The notes under the pieces were generated by a model. It was not told the origin of the DNA. It ran no database searches and worked only from the letters and a program-made list of their open reading frames with translations. A DNA stretch of 64,000 bases from Sphyrna mokarran (taxonomy: Eukaryota), in assembly GCA_024679065.1 (NCBI GenBank), contig JAGIQG010000016.1:46810001-46874000 (forward strand). Direction: 5' to 3'. Shown here piece by piece: positions 1 through 13,080 of the stretch; position 1 is the stretch's first letter; the number at the start of each line of letters is the position of its first letter. The translations under genes were made by a program, and so were the position numbers.

Positions 1-94
1 ATGGATTAAATTAACAAATGTTGTCTTCAACTGAATTGTCAACGTCAGTTGCCAACTCCACTATCAGATAACAATCCCATGGCTAAAAGGGATT

Positions 95-446
95 GTTGAT
101 GTGACATAATGATAACATCACTGAACCAGTAATCTCAGGACTCAGACTAATGGCCTGGAGACAGGGGTTCAAATCTCATTAAGGCAGTTGGTGGAATTTA
201 AATTCAATTGATAAATCTAGAAGATAAAGCTAGTCTTAGTAATGGCCAATATTGATTGTTGTAAAACCCATCTGGTTCATCCAGGGAACCTAGCTAGGGA
301 AAGAAATCTACCACCCTTAGCTGACCGACAGCAATGTGGTTGATTCTTAACTACCCTCTGAAAAGGAATAGTGTGACACTCAGCTCAAAGGACATTTCAG
401 GATGGGTCTTGTTCCACATCCCATGAAAGAATAAAGAAAAAAAAAA
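95..446 (+). mobile_element. tRNA-derived SINE with CR1-group LINE 3' tail (shark family)
   Basis: B-box-like GGTTCAAATCTC at 166-177; body AAAACCCATCTGGTTCA...GCAATGTGGTTGATTCTTAAC; ends CCACATCCCATGAAAGAATAAAGAAAAAAAAAA; related copies at 7050-7402, 41325-42095, 42945-43130. Confidence 0.85.
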
Positions 447-2545
447 TCACAAGTTAAACATTAAGCCCTTTTCTGTGTTGGCCTGATTTGATATGCTTCA
501 CAGTTTTGAGTGAATCCTTAGTAAATTGTGTCTATCATTCCAATGACAATTCACAGGCTCCTTGTTCTCCAGATTTATTTATTTTAGCTTAATTTTTCAT
601 ATCCTTTCAGTCTCTTTCTCCAGCAATGTCTCTTAATGCTCACTTCCTGCTTCTCTAAATTACTGCTTTTCAGGTCCATTGCAAACCGTATGACCTGGGT
701 CTCAATCTTCAGTTCACCAACGTACTCTCATTCACCACTAACCACTCACCCAGTTTCCTCATGTGGGCCGACCTTTATTCTCAACACATGCTGTGTCGGA
801 ATTTTCTCTCAAACTGACTTTGACTGTTCTACTTCTTTCTTTTCCATCCATAACCTCTTAAGGTGGTAAGAAATATCACTCCTGCACTCTTTTGCACTCC
901 TTCTCTTGATCCTAAGATAATCTGAGGTTTTATTTTGCAATGAGAATATGTTAACACAAGTTGTTATAATATAGAAATTGTTTAAAAATAGTATAATTCA
1001 CTCATCTAGCTGACATTTAAAGGGTAAAATGTCCCTTTGCAATATGTATGAAGGAGCTGATGATATTCTAATTAAGTTTTAACAAAGGGTCCCATTAGGT
1101 GTTAGAATTCAAAACTTCTCACCATTGAATTAGGAATTTATTTTAAGTAATAGCACTTAGCACGGTTCAGTACTGCATTGTAACATTTACTGTTTTAGGT
1201 TGATGCTTTATTGTACTTCACGTGGTAAACACATCCAACACCAACAATTATACAATCCTTGCAGCAGAATAGCAAGTTACTGGATCAGTACTGCCTTTCA
1301 ATTTTTGTGTTGGACCATATTTCTAATACAGGGTATATGTGCAGGGCCCCAGGCAATACCTGAAGCCAGGAAATATCATAAATGTTACTCTATAATGGAT
1401 TGTATTTTCTCTGGGGTTACACAATTCCAATATTTAATTCTCATAGTACTGAAGGGTTTGAGGCAAACTCGCAAGCAGCTGGAAATGCTGCTTATTTGAC
1501 ACTTTCAAGTACATTTTGGGCTTCTTATCAATGTTTCTGAATTAAAATGTTACAATGGAATACGTGGTAAAATATCTGTAGATTTAGCACCTTAAAAATA
1601 CAGTGCATTCATTTATGAATATTTCAGCAGTCAACCCTGAGATCAAGTAAGACTCTATACCAAGAGATCACAGCTTAATACATGTTTTAACAGAAACAGG
1701 GAAAATAAGATAAAACTGTATTACATGTTTTTGTAAAAGATTATAAAATGTTTTCCTTTATAAAAAACTTCTCAAAATGGCAACAATATTTCACTGGAAC
1801 CAATATCTATTATTTGTGCTGCAAAGTAGGATTTTGGAGTAGTTTTCCATCAAAATAATCATTTGGCAAAATATTTGCTTAGTACACCACCAGATTTCTC
1901 CATATATAATCCTGTGACATACGTGAAGGAAAATGATTTAATATTTAATGTTGCTTTTTCTTTTCCCCCAGTACACATTAGATTCTCTTTGTTTCTTTCC
2001 CTTCAGTATGACAGCATCTTTCAAAAGAAATGGAGGCCAGAAGTTGCTATAGGTCTAACCCATCTTCTATCCACCTTGTTAATTTCCACCTTGTGAACAA
2101 GGATAGTCTACATGACATATCTTCAACCTCACTAAGAACTTTATAAATAGGATCCAGCTTGGCGCCCAACACGTTCAGCCATTACTTGCTAAGATGTGAA
2201 GTCATGGCAGCAGTGCTCTATGTGTTGATTTCCTAGTCCCCACAATCTGCCTATGAAGAAAGATTAAGTGTAGGCCAGAGGAGAAAATACCATAAGAATG
2301 GGAATTACTCCTTCTGGGGTAACTTCTAGATGCTAATTTCAGTGTTAGGTTAATGAAAGCTTGAAGAGAGAAATTCCTTTTGGATGGAAGTGGTTGTGTT
2401 GCTGGAAATTATTGAGAAGGGCAAAGTACTCCTACCCTATAAATGTATATATACTTAATTAAAACAATTAAGCACTGTTTAAATTTGAAACTTGACGATT
2501 TGGTAAATTTGACCTTATCATGTCCAGTTCAAGCATGGATATACT

Positions 2546-2675
2546 AGCTGGAATTCTCCAGTCTTGTGCCCCTCCCCCACTACCACTGCCAGCTGGAAGA
2601 GAGAACTTGGCACTCAGCCAATTCACCATTCACAGCAGTGGGAATGGAGAATCCCAGAGGAGGCCGAGGTGGAAA
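2546..2675. mobile_element. Short MITE, probably PIF/Harbinger non-autonomous
   Basis: Terminal inverted repeats (A)GCTGGAATTCTCC / GGAAAGATTCCAGCC; interior is the reverse complement of the copy at 26271-26405. Confidence 0.7.
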
Positions 2676-2679
2676 GATT

Positions 2680-3830
2680 CCAGCCACTGGGGATAATTCT
2701 CCAGGGCCACTAGCCCTGGTGGGATTTATAATGGCTCACTCAATTCAGCGTAAGGGACAAAATGCAATCCTCACCAGACGTCATACCCGCTGTGAGTTTC
2801 CTGGCCAGCTCCACTGGCCCCAGTCAGGATCTCTCACAGAGTGGGCAAAAATGTGATCACTACTCATTGACACCTCTAACTTTTTCAGGAGGCTAAGGAA
2901 ATTTGGAAAGTCCATTCTCACCAATATTTACTGATGCATGATAGAAAGCATTTTCAGATGTATCACAGCTTGGTATGGCTCCTGCTCTACAAAAAAACTA
3001 CACAATGTTGTGAATGTGGCCCTGTCCATCACACAAACCAGCCTCCCTTCCATTGACACTGTCCACACTTCCCGCTGACTCGGAAAAGCAGCCAGCAGAT
3101 TCATGAGCCCCATATATCCAAGACACATTCTTTTCCACCTTCTTCCATCATGAAAAAGATACAAAAGTCTGAGATCATGTATTAACCAACTCAAGAACAG
3201 CTTCTTCTTTGCTTCCATCAGATTTTTGATCTACCTTTCATTAAGTTGATCTTTCTCTGCACTCTAGCTGTGACTGCAACACTACATTCTGCACTCTTTT
3301 TCTTATCCCCTATGTACTCTATGAGTAGTAAGTTTTGTCTCCATAGTGAGCAAGAAACAATACTTTTCATGAATCCCCAATACATTTGACAATAATAAAT
3401 CAAATAAAAAATGTTCATTTTAATATAATCACCAGGATTTAGGCCAGATATTCCAATTTTCCATTATGACTCCTCCTCCCCTGCAGTGGGAAGTCCAGCG
3501 GATGTAATTAGGTGCAGGTCCTGACAACTGAGGACCTGATTCTTTGGGTTCTGAGACCGGGGCAGGAGGAGGGAGTTGTACGTACTGTGCCCATGGCCTC
3601 CCAGTCACTGCCAGGCTATAAAAGCAGGGCCTCTCAAGGGACCTGGGGATCAGGTAGTAGGGGGTGGGAGGGGGGGTGGTACTTTATTCTGGAGGAAGGG
3701 ATTAATCTCAGGGTCTCCTCTGGAATAAGGGTCTCATGGCTGGGCTTCTCCTTCTTGCCCTGGGAAACATGGAGATCACTGTTAGGATGGTGACTTCAAG
3801 CAACTTTCTGTTAAAAATATTATTGCCTCA
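2680..3830. mobile_element. Longer GC-rich non-autonomous DNA-transposon-like element, split by a Rex1 insertion
   Basis: Begins GGGGATAATTCTCC, similar to the MITE TIR; GC-rich sequence resumes after the Rex1 tail at ~3412; right end uncertain. Confidence 0.45.
2874..3411 (+). mobile_element. Rex1/Babar-clade LINE 3' fragment
   Basis: Decayed frame resembling LTNFYRCTIESIL..CITAWYGSC...QSITQTSLPSID...LFHLLPSGKRYKSL...LKNSFF, followed by 3' UTR ending AATAATAAATCAAATAAAAA. Confidence 0.85.
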
Positions 3831-4289
3831 GTTCTGTAAAACTGAAGTGGCCAGGTGACATTAATATTCATGCCCTTGGTTGATTTTTCAAGTGCCCTAG
3901 CTGTCATCAGAACTCTCTGAAGTACTTTGATTGATAGGAGGTGTCAGTTTCACTCAAGAAATTCCTCTTTGTAGCCTAAATGAATCACAGATGCTGCCCG
4001 ACCTCTTTGAACTGCTTTGATTGACAGCTCCAGAACAGATCAAATAGTTCATTGTTGATACAATCAGTTCATGCTCAAGTAAGCCATACCTATTCAGCAT
4101 GACTCCATTTGTTTGACACTGCAGTGTTTTAGTTTCTGATCCTTCTTAGAAAGCACAAATGGTTTCTAATACTTCTTTTTGCTTTTTTTAAATCTTGCCC
4201 GAGTCCATAAGCTTCATTCTAAACACTTCTTTCTTTTTTTTACTTTGAGTCTTTTGTCTCTGCCAAGTTTCAAGATTAAAGATGCTGTG

Positions 4290-4665
4290 GTTTGTATCTC
4301 TGAGATAGAGGACGCTGAGGCAAGATTTCACTGAAGTGCATAAAGTTACAAGGGAGCTTTGCAGAATGGATATGGAAGGGCCTATTGGAAAAGTTGAAGA
4401 GTCACCAGTGGGTACAGGTTAAAAGTTGAAGGCTGAGGAATAAAGGAGAGTTGTGGGGAAATTAATTTAACCTGATAGTTGAACTTTGGATGAGGGGTAG
4501 GGTGGGGTAGAGGTAGAAAGCTTCAAAAGCATGTAGCACATGGTTATCCATTAGACACACCATAGTATATGGGGCTACTACCAGGGCTGAAAAATGTACC
4601 CCTTCCAGCCAGCAGACATCTCATGGGCTAAATGGCTGCTTCCTCTGCTATCATTTTCTTTGAAT
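4290..4665 (+). mobile_element. Old CR1 LINE 3' fragment
   Basis: Degenerate SLE.RRLRGDLIEVYKI-like frame at ~4300-4350; tail-like ATGGGCTAAATGGCTGCTTCCT. Confidence 0.6.
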
Positions 4666-6180
4666 CTGCAGCCAATCTTCTCACTTCATCCAATGAGACC
4701 CTCTGAAGGACCATTCATATTAGTTAGATAAGACATAAGTTGGTCACTGACATTCGAGATGAGGATGCAGAACCTTGTCCATTTGAACATTGCCTCCCAG
4801 CATATTATGTTCAAAGATCTGTTGGATGAAGGTGAAATTATTGCCTCTGCTGTGCTGGACATCTTTGAACTGCTTATTTTACATTCCTTTCTAATTCGCC
4901 TTTAACTTTTGCAAGCCTCTGGCAATGCTGAGAAGATTAAATGCTTTGAAATACTTTGTTTACATTCAGTTTCATAGTCCAGTGAGTTTTATTAGTATCT
5001 TGATTGACAACTCCAGGATATTTCACAGTAGGCAGTAGCTTTTTTTTTGCTTTTATTTCCCTTCACAGTCAATTAAATCTGAAGTACTTCTCTTTTCAGT
5101 TGTTTTGGGTTTCTCTTTTTCAAACATGCTTTCTTTTTGATCTGAAGAACTTCTTTGATAGAACAGTGGACAGTTTGACTGATCTTTTTCCACAGTAGAT
5201 TGTTTCTACCTCTTATACTGGAACAACATGTCTGAACTGGACGTTGTTTTCAGACATAGCAGAAATTGGCATAATTCCCCCTGCCACCCTAGTGATGCCA
5301 CCCTGGCAATTTCAACCTAGCTGTGATCACTGTTAAAGTGACATTGTCAGGGTGACACTGCCAGGATGGCAAGCCCTTTAAAAATGGTGTTGGATCTCTG
5401 TGAATTCAGGGTTGTTGATGTGTTTTCTACTGGGGTTTGTGAGTTTAAATCCCACCACAGCAGCGCTGCCAGTGCCAATGTGAAACACTCCTGTTTTCCT
5501 GCTGGCAATAGTACTTAGTTTATATTTAGGAGAATCGTGGCCATTATAAATATTAAAACCATGAGTAGATTTTTCCGCACGTTGTGCAGTGGAGGAGGCA
5601 CCTGACATTAGCAGGCAATGGGATCTTCCGGTCCTGCCAATGTTGAAGGAATTTGCCATTGAATGCGCTCCTTTGCCAGAAAACTTTTGCCTATATTTTT
5701 AATAAGAGAATACATTATACCATAAGGATCCTTTGACATTTCAGGAGTTAGACAATGGCTAAAACCTGATTAAAAATGGCCCTGAGTGAAGGAATTCCAT
5801 ACCAGTTGTGAGGTTCACACATCTCATGGTTTAAGAATGGACCAAAACCTATGGACAATGGAGTTTGCGAACAACTTACCTCAACGCTTCACCAGGGATA
5901 GAAAAGATATCAAAACTTCATGGGTCATAGATCAATATGAAATAGATTCCATCAAGTTTTCATTGTATTGCCATGGCCCTTCATCCAGATATAAAGAACT
6001 TCAATATCTCAAAGTCTCAAGAGTGAAAAAGCCAAAACACAGGATATTTACTGGCCCAACATACCACTTTATTTGGAAAATGGCTTTGGACTTGAAACAG
6101 GTCTCAAGGTAGAGCAGCCATGCTTGTGACTTGCTTTCAAAAATAACAGCAGAAGTTGCTCTGAATGGCAAGAAACAATC

Positions 6181-6305
6181 GCCAGAATTTTATTGCCATG
6201 CTTGTCCGAGACTCATAAGATCCCGCCTGAGGCCAATGGAGAATGTCGTTCTGCGAGCCTTGCCTGCCCCAATTCCGGGGTGGGTGTGCCTGTAAAATTC
6301 CGGCT
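6181..6305. mobile_element. Short MITE (Harbinger-like)
   Basis: TIRs GCCAGAATTTTAT / GTAAAATTCCGGC. Confidence 0.7.
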
Positions 6306-7049
6306 ATATGGCTAATATCTATGCCATCAAACCAACTGCAAAACAATTATTCGGCCAAGGAAACATACAGCTATATCTGTGTCATCTATCATGGCAGAAA
6401 TATGCAAAGCTCAGTCCTTTTTAGTGACTCCTGTTACTGTATAAATGAAAGAGAGAATGTATTCATTAAAGGCATTTCTGTTGCTATTTGTGTGATCCAT
6501 TATGTAGTAATTTAGCAGCTATAGATCCAAAATCTTTGCGTACTGATCACTGATGATCAATGATGGGAATATTTATTTTAGACGTACGTTATTGAGGACA
6601 TCCTGAGGATTAAAGATTGCCTTCACTTCTGGTTAGGATGATTCTTTAACCAAACTCTACAGCGCACTCTGTTTCTATTCCGTGGCTTGAATTTGGAACA
6701 TATAATCAATTCGTTACTCGATACCGCATGCTCTGAGACTGAAAATTGTGGTTCAGCTCCTAAGCATTTGATTAAATGCTTCAAATACATGCAATGAAAA
6801 TGAATCTTTACATTCTATATACATTTTATATTTTGAATTTTTATATATATACGGCCAATGGCTGGGTGCAAACCAAATCTGTTGGTTAAAAGATTGCATT
6901 ATTTTGGACATAAATGATTACGTACATAACAATGCAACAGCCACAGTTCACAGCCATTTAATAGTACCTTTGTCCAAACACTACCACTGCACATAAAGTG
7001 ACAACCTCCCAAGTGATAAAGATTCCTGCGGTGGATTTGTGTGATTCTG

Positions 7050-7402
7050 TTTTTGTTATTCATTGGATATGGGTTAGCATTTGGTAAGCAGAAACCCATC
7101 CCTAATTGTCCTTGAACTGAGTGGCTTGTTAGGTAGGCCATTTCGCCGGGCAATTAAGAATCAACCAAATGGCTGTGGGTCTGGAGTCATATGTAGGTCA
7201 AATTTCCTTCCCTAAAGGGCCTTAGAGAAACAGATTGGTTTTTACAATTGGTTTCAGTGCCGACCTTCAAGCTTCAATTCCAGATTTTGTATTGAATTCA
7301 AATTTCACTATCTACAGTGGTGGGATTTGAATCAGGTCCCCAGAGCAGTGCTCCGGGTCTTTGGATTACAAATCTAGTTATAGTAATACTATACGACTGC
7401 CT
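7050..7402 (-). mobile_element. tRNA-derived SINE (same family as 95-446)
   Basis: Reverse strand has the head with GATTCAAATCCCACCA, the body, and the tail CAAGCCACTCAGTTCAAGGACAATTAGGGATGGG-like. Confidence 0.85.
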
Positions 7403-7669
7403 TCCTTATAAAATGAAAACATTAAGCAGATTTTCAGTTGTAGCAAGAAACAATGTGATATTTGTTCTTTTTCTCACGCAAGTTGTTTTTAAATGTATCC
7501 TGATTGAGATTAGTTGAACATTTTCTGTTTCTTTTAGTGCATTTTTATGGCATATATATCACACATTTTAAAATTTAGAAGTATTCCTGCCTGCATATTC
7601 TTAAATATGTGAATAATGTACAAAACTATGGTTAAGTGTGCTGAAACTTTAATTTTCAACTTTAGGAAA

Positions 7670-7810
7670 GGAATATCTGGTCAGGCAGCATCTAAGGAGA
7701 AAGAAGGAAGGTTAACATTTCAGATCGATGAATTTTTGTCAGAATTTTGAATGAGATTCAGTTTTACAGTGCGTTCTGACAAAAGGTCATTAGCCTGAAA
7801 CATTCAACGG
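7670..7810. mobile_element. Inverted pair of Penelope-like terminal-repeat fragments with degenerate hammerhead cores
   Basis: GGTCAGGCAGCATCT...GTTAACATTTCAGATCGATGAATTTTTGTCAGAA, then TTCTGACAAAAGGTCATTAGCCTGAAACATT (inverted copy). Confidence 0.6.
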
Positions 7811-9979
7811 AATTCTTATAGGCAAGAGAGGCAAGTCTGGGTGTGTGCATGGAGATAAAGCTCCTCAAATTGGCAACAGTTACATATCATCCTGCTCTCT
7901 TCTGAGTTTCAAATGGGTTGGAAGTGAATTAGGGAACCCTCATGTAGCTCTCATGTAAGTGAGTTAGATATTCAAATAGATGAGTATGTTATGTTTTATT
8001 AGCTTTAACAGACAGTGCACTAGATCCCCGAGCTGTCAGGAACTTGCCAGGGTCACTGAGGTGAGTGCATAGCAGGGAGTACCTAACTCAATGAGACTGA
8101 AAGCGTGGGAAGTCTTTGATCGACACAACATGAAGAACCAATGGCGAGGTGAGAAGCTACTGCTCAAAGAACTCCTTGTCAAGGTGTGCTTTCGCTACTG
8201 ATAAGCAACTGCCAATTTCTTGAAAATCACCTCAAGGATCTTGCGCTTCACTCATCTTCCGATGTACTCCCTGCTGCCAACCTTCACTATAGCCCTACAA
8301 TGTTCACTCTCTTATGCTTAATCCTGAAATCAGGAAGTTGCTGTGTGGGATAAAGGTCTGAGAGATCTCCCACATGTCTTGAGAATGTAATGTATTTTTT
8401 TTGAATTTGTATCTAACAACAAATGGCCATATAAAAGTTCACAGTCCATTCAAGTGCAAGTTTAATAAAGGGTTAACACTGTTCATTTGCAGTTCAGAGC
8501 AAATCCTTCCTCTCTTCCCCCTCATTGTTTATTGCTTATTGGCAGACGTACAGATGTTGGAAGCATATTTCACTTGGGTTTCAAATAAAACTCCTGTTCA
8601 TACTTTGCTTTAGGGATCTGTAGCTTTCAGTAATGAAAGCTAATTAAGTCTGTGACATTTTCAAAAATAATAAGCTATCAGAAGCTAAGACATGTGATGT
8701 ATACAATATTCAACATTTACAGAATTGGCTGGAATGCTTCACATTTAAGTTGGTTAAAAGCTAAGCTGGATAACTAGCGGCCAAAACCAGAAGAGGAGCA
8801 AAGGCAGATTACATTGTGTATGCAAGTTTATTGCAGGATGAACGCCGAATGTTTAGCTAAAACACAAAATACAACTTTTATGAAATGTTTATAGCAGTCT
8901 GTGGACTAAAGCAGTATTTTCTTGATGGCATTTCTAAATAAACCTACTGGCATCCTAGATGCACCAATAACAGTTAATGCATGCAAAATACCCTGCTCTC
9001 CTATCTCTGACAATGATAAAAGCAATTAGGACATTAAGATTGGATAAAAATAAGCAAATCTTCATTTAGGTATCATATAATTTAATTGATCTATTGTTAT
9101 TGCATAAACCTAAAAAGGGGACTGTCAGTTGTTTCTGATAGGCTTTAATAGTGTTCCTTCTATGCATTCAAAGCTGTCACAATGTGAAAAAAGAATTGGC
9201 CCTGTTAACTTCCAGCAGCCGATACCATAATTTTTCATTGATACCTCCGTTACTTGTACTGTGCTATTGAGGATACCAGCATCGAATTTAAGATAAGTCT
9301 TAGGAAGTTATCCAGTGCTACATAATTCTACTTCAGACCAATATTGATTTATTCCTATTGAAAACCATCATTATTTGTTAATGCTGGCTGCAATAGCGAG
9401 ACAATCTTACCTCAGTCAATGGAGGGGGGCATGATATAGAATTCAGATAATAACTTCAGTAAATTACGGGAATCAGAACACATTAAGTAGAATTCTGCAG
9501 TGCTTTACCATTGCCAGTGAAGGTCCCATTTTTCACGTATTTAAAATCGACTAGCTTGTTTTCAAAGTATTGGTCCATTTGTAAATTATTGCAATGAAAG
9601 GTACCAAAATAAGTCATTCTGATCTTCCAAAAACAAGCAGGCAAATATGCACATTTGGAAAATTGTGTTTTCCCGTTTATATTTTAGTTTTGCAGCTGAA
9701 GGCTGAAGGAGATTAACGTTTGTCCTTAATTGTTTATAATTGTTATATCTCTTAACATAACTAGATCTATGTGATAAAGTCAAAGAATTTTAAGGTAATT
9801 GACTTAATGGGATGATGCATGAACATATTTTGATTTTGCTGGTAGAGATATAAATTTCAATAAGTTTTATTTAAAAAACATCAGTAGAAAGGTTGAATAC
9901 ATCTTTATGCTTGCCGCTGTGCACGTAATCCTATCCCCTGTTACCTTTCTGTTGCCAATTCTTTAGTCTTTCTGAGTGC

Positions 9980-10178
9980 TGATGTGGAGCTGCTGGCGTT
10001 GGACTGGGGTAGGCACAGTAAGTAGTCTCACAACATAGGTTAAAGTCCAAGAGGTTTATTTGGTAGCATGAACTTTTGGAGCATTGCCCCTTCATCAGAC
10101 TCACCTGATGATGGGGCAATGCTCTGAAAATCAAATAAACCTGTTGAACTTTAACCTGGTGTTGTGAGAATACTTACT
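9980..10178. mobile_element. Palindromic non-autonomous Penelope-derived element with hammerhead-like motifs and 14-bp TSD
   Basis: Inverted arms ~10015-10098 and 10105-10180 around loop ACTCAC; CTGATGA-GGGGC/GCTCT-GAAA at 10105-10129; direct repeat GTCTTTCTGAGTGC at 9966-9979 and 10179-10192. Confidence 0.8.
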
Positions 10179-10349
10179 GTCTTTCTGAGTGCCACTTAAC
10201 CCTCTTATTGCTGAGAAAAAAATTGCTGAGAGCAAAAAATTTATTAAACTGATGGAGACAATTAAACTACATTGGATCGTTTCATCACTCCACTGCAGAA
10301 GCAGAATATCAATCATAAACGAATTAGAAATTCAAATGAATACAATATC

Positions 10350-10900
10350 GACTTGCACTTTTAACATAGTAAAATGTCCTGAGGTGCTTTAAAGGAGCGT
10401 TGTCAAAGATAATTTAACACTGATCCAACTAAAGTAATATTAGGGAAAATGGACAAAACCTGGTCAAGAGGTAGATATTAAAGAGAGCTTAATGATGGAG
10501 AGAAAGGTGGTGAGGTGGAAAGAACGCCAGAATGCAGGTTCTAGTCAATTGAAGACAATTAAAATGGAGGAGGGTCAAGAGGCCAGAAATGCCAAAATGA
10601 ATTTGAACATCAGCAAAACAAATTTGTTGGGAAAAGGAAATTTGACAATATGGGTGATGGAACTGTGCCTTTGTCCAGGTATGGACAGCTGTTTCGATCA
10701 TTTCGAGATTATGGAAGATGGAAAGAAGGACACTGGCAAGGAGAATTTGGAGAAAATGAGCATAAATATGATACAAAAGGCAAGTGTGCAACTCACCAGC
10801 ATTGGTTTGTGTTTGGGAGTATGGGTTTGGGGAGACATGAAAGAGAATGCTGAGATCTGCACCTCTGAGCTTACTTTGAATCAGATTCCAGAGAAATTGA
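10350..10900 (-). mobile_element. Old L2 LINE 3' fragment
   Basis: Purine-rich + strand starting TTTTAACATAGTAAAATGTCCTGAGGTGCTTTA, matching my recollection of the antisense 3' end of vertebrate L2. Confidence 0.55.
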
Positions 10901-12029
10901 TGTGTTACTTATGGAAGCCAAAGTTTGACAGTGTTATTATTCCTCTGGAAAATGAAGGCTCCTGGATACCATTACTCTAATCCAAAACAACATTAATTAA
11001 CTGAACATCTCAGTTCAGCACTGTGATGTATTACATTGTTAGCAATGCTATCTTTTAAATGAGACATGAAACTAATGCTCTGTTCAAGTGATTTAGGTAA
11101 TTAAAAAAAAATTAAATTTGTAAATTAAAGAAAAATCACTGACAATGGTTAAACTCTGAAGGAATGATCCCCCACACTTGGAAGGATAATGTTTTGGGAC
11201 CAGACAAGAGTTTGTTGTTAAAAATTCACCTAGACGTAAATACATCAAACCTAAATTTTTGTCATGTTTTATGGGTATCTAGAGAGAGATACTTCAACTT
11301 TGTGTGTTCTAACACTAAGTCTCTCTGTTAGATATTAGTGTAGCGAAGCTGGTGGAGCAATGGTACAAGCTGAACAGCAACGTACTGATTCCTGCATTTA
11401 ACTGCATATGTCAGAAGTTGCTGTCCAATTTACTCCTTAATAATGGTTAGCATGGATACCCTCATGTTATTCTTACCAGATTATTACCAGGCAACTAAGT
11501 CATGCCTTACATGATTTTATTTTATTAGGTGTGTACCAAGCTTGTATTGAAATTGAGATTGATTTACAGAAAATGGTCCCTGACTGTTCCTGACCAGGAA
11601 ATTGTTTTATGATTGACAGCTAAAGTATAGATGGCTGCACGGTAAAGAGCTGATTTTATTTGATTTAAAACCTTGGTTGTTTATCATTGTTGGGCACAGA
11701 ATGTAAAACATTGCTCGGGTGAATGTGATCAGCTAAGTGAGAAACAACTCGAACCAATTTGTTTGAACATTCTGATTGCTTTAACTTTTGCTGATTGCTG
11801 ATTTTTGAATTGTAATTGTGCACAGTTTGACTGGTTGTGTTTAATTACAATACTGATTTCTGATGGGCACTGCCCATCAGAAGTGGTATAATTTAGACAG
11901 CCAGGCTGCCATGAAGACAATGAGACAATAGCCTTTCACAGTCATTCACTGCAAATTCTACTATTTCACCTATATAGTGACAATTGACCATTTGAACGAG
12001 CCAGAATTGTCAAGTGAACTTGTTCTTAG

Positions 12030-12450
12030 GATTATTGAATGATACCATACAGGAGAAGGCTATTCAGCCTGTTTTGTCTGTCTTCTTATTCTTTCCCCAT
12101 AAACCTGCAACATTTTCCTCTTCAAGTATTTCTTTAATTTCCTCTTGCAGGTTCATTGAATCGGCTCTCATTACCATTTCAAGCTGTGCAAACAACTTGA
12201 CGCATGAATTTCATTTTCCATCATCTCATCTCATGTTCTTTTGCCAATTACCTGAAATCTATGTCCTCTAGTTACTGAGCCCTGCCATTGCCAACTGTTC
12301 CTCCTTATTTTTGTCCCTGAATATAATCTGAGCTTCTTCGTCAATCTCTCCACGTAACTGAAATCCTGCATCTCTTGTACCATCCTGGTAAATTCTCTCT
12401 ATATTCCCTTCAAGCCCTTAAAGTCATTCCCTAAAGTGTAGTACCTAGAA
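12030..12450 (-). mobile_element. Degenerate CR1 3' fragment
   Basis: Antisense tail ACAGGAGAAGGCTATTCAGCC and CCATCCTGGTAAATTCTCTCT...TCATTCCCTAAAGTGTAG. Confidence 0.5.
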
Positions 12451-12454
12451 TGAA

Positions 12455-13080
12455 GTGGGCATTGCCCACCCTTGCTACAGCGAGGGTCAATGACTGCATT
12501 AAATGTGGCCACTAAGGTTCTCATGGTCTTCACTTCAAACATCCAAATTGTCTGTAACCATAGGAAGCAGATCCTTAGATGTGTACACAGTTCCCAAGAA
12601 GCAGCCATGGTATCCATGCAGTCCTATGTGCCGGGACTGTTTTGGTCATCCATGCCTCTCCAGGAATGGATTCCCAGTGACAAGGGCTACTCACTGAAGA
12701 CATGGCTACACATGCCTATGAGAAACCTCACTGCAGAAGAGGAAGGGTACAACAGCTGCCTCAAGAAACCACTGAGCAGGCCAATGAGCTGCTGAAGATA
12801 AGATTCATGTTACCGGACCAGTCCAGTGGAGTCCTGCAGTGTACCCCAGTGACGGCCTCACGTCTCATAGTGACCTGTAGTGCACTCCACAAGCCAGCAT
12901 TGCAGAAGGGGAATGGTTTTGAACAATGAAGAAGTAATCAACTGCTATTCCTTCTCCAATAAGGAGGATGTGGAGCAGACTGCTCAGAGATGGCATAGGA
13001 TAAGGTATCTCCACTGGCAAAAGGAAATGAGAAACATACAGAGAGAGGCTTGAGACAATCTCATATATATTTCCTTACAA
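12455..13080 (+). pseudogene. PIF/Harbinger (HARBI1-like) DDE transposase, C-terminal part, frameshifted
   Basis: Frames give NIQIVCNH, DKGYSLKTWLHMPMRN..EEEGYN, EQANELLKIRFMLPDQSSGVLQCTP..SRLIVTCSALH. These match HARBI1-family motifs NVQxVCD, GDxGYPLxxWLMTP and IExxxGxLKxRFRCLDxSGGxLQY...ACCxLHN. Confidence 0.9.

Noticed and set aside
674-865. Possible + strand exon (good acceptor, GTAAGA donor)
   Set aside because: No frame gives a recognisable peptide, and splice-like motifs are common in pyrimidine-rich DNA.
5786-6112. 108-aa ORF in apparently unique sequence
   Set aside because: Non-ATG start, no convincing splice sites and no recognisable homology; ORFs of this length are expected by chance.
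10492-10980. 162-aa ORF (+)
   Set aside because: It lies on the purine-rich antisense strand of an old L2 fragment and has no protein-family motif.
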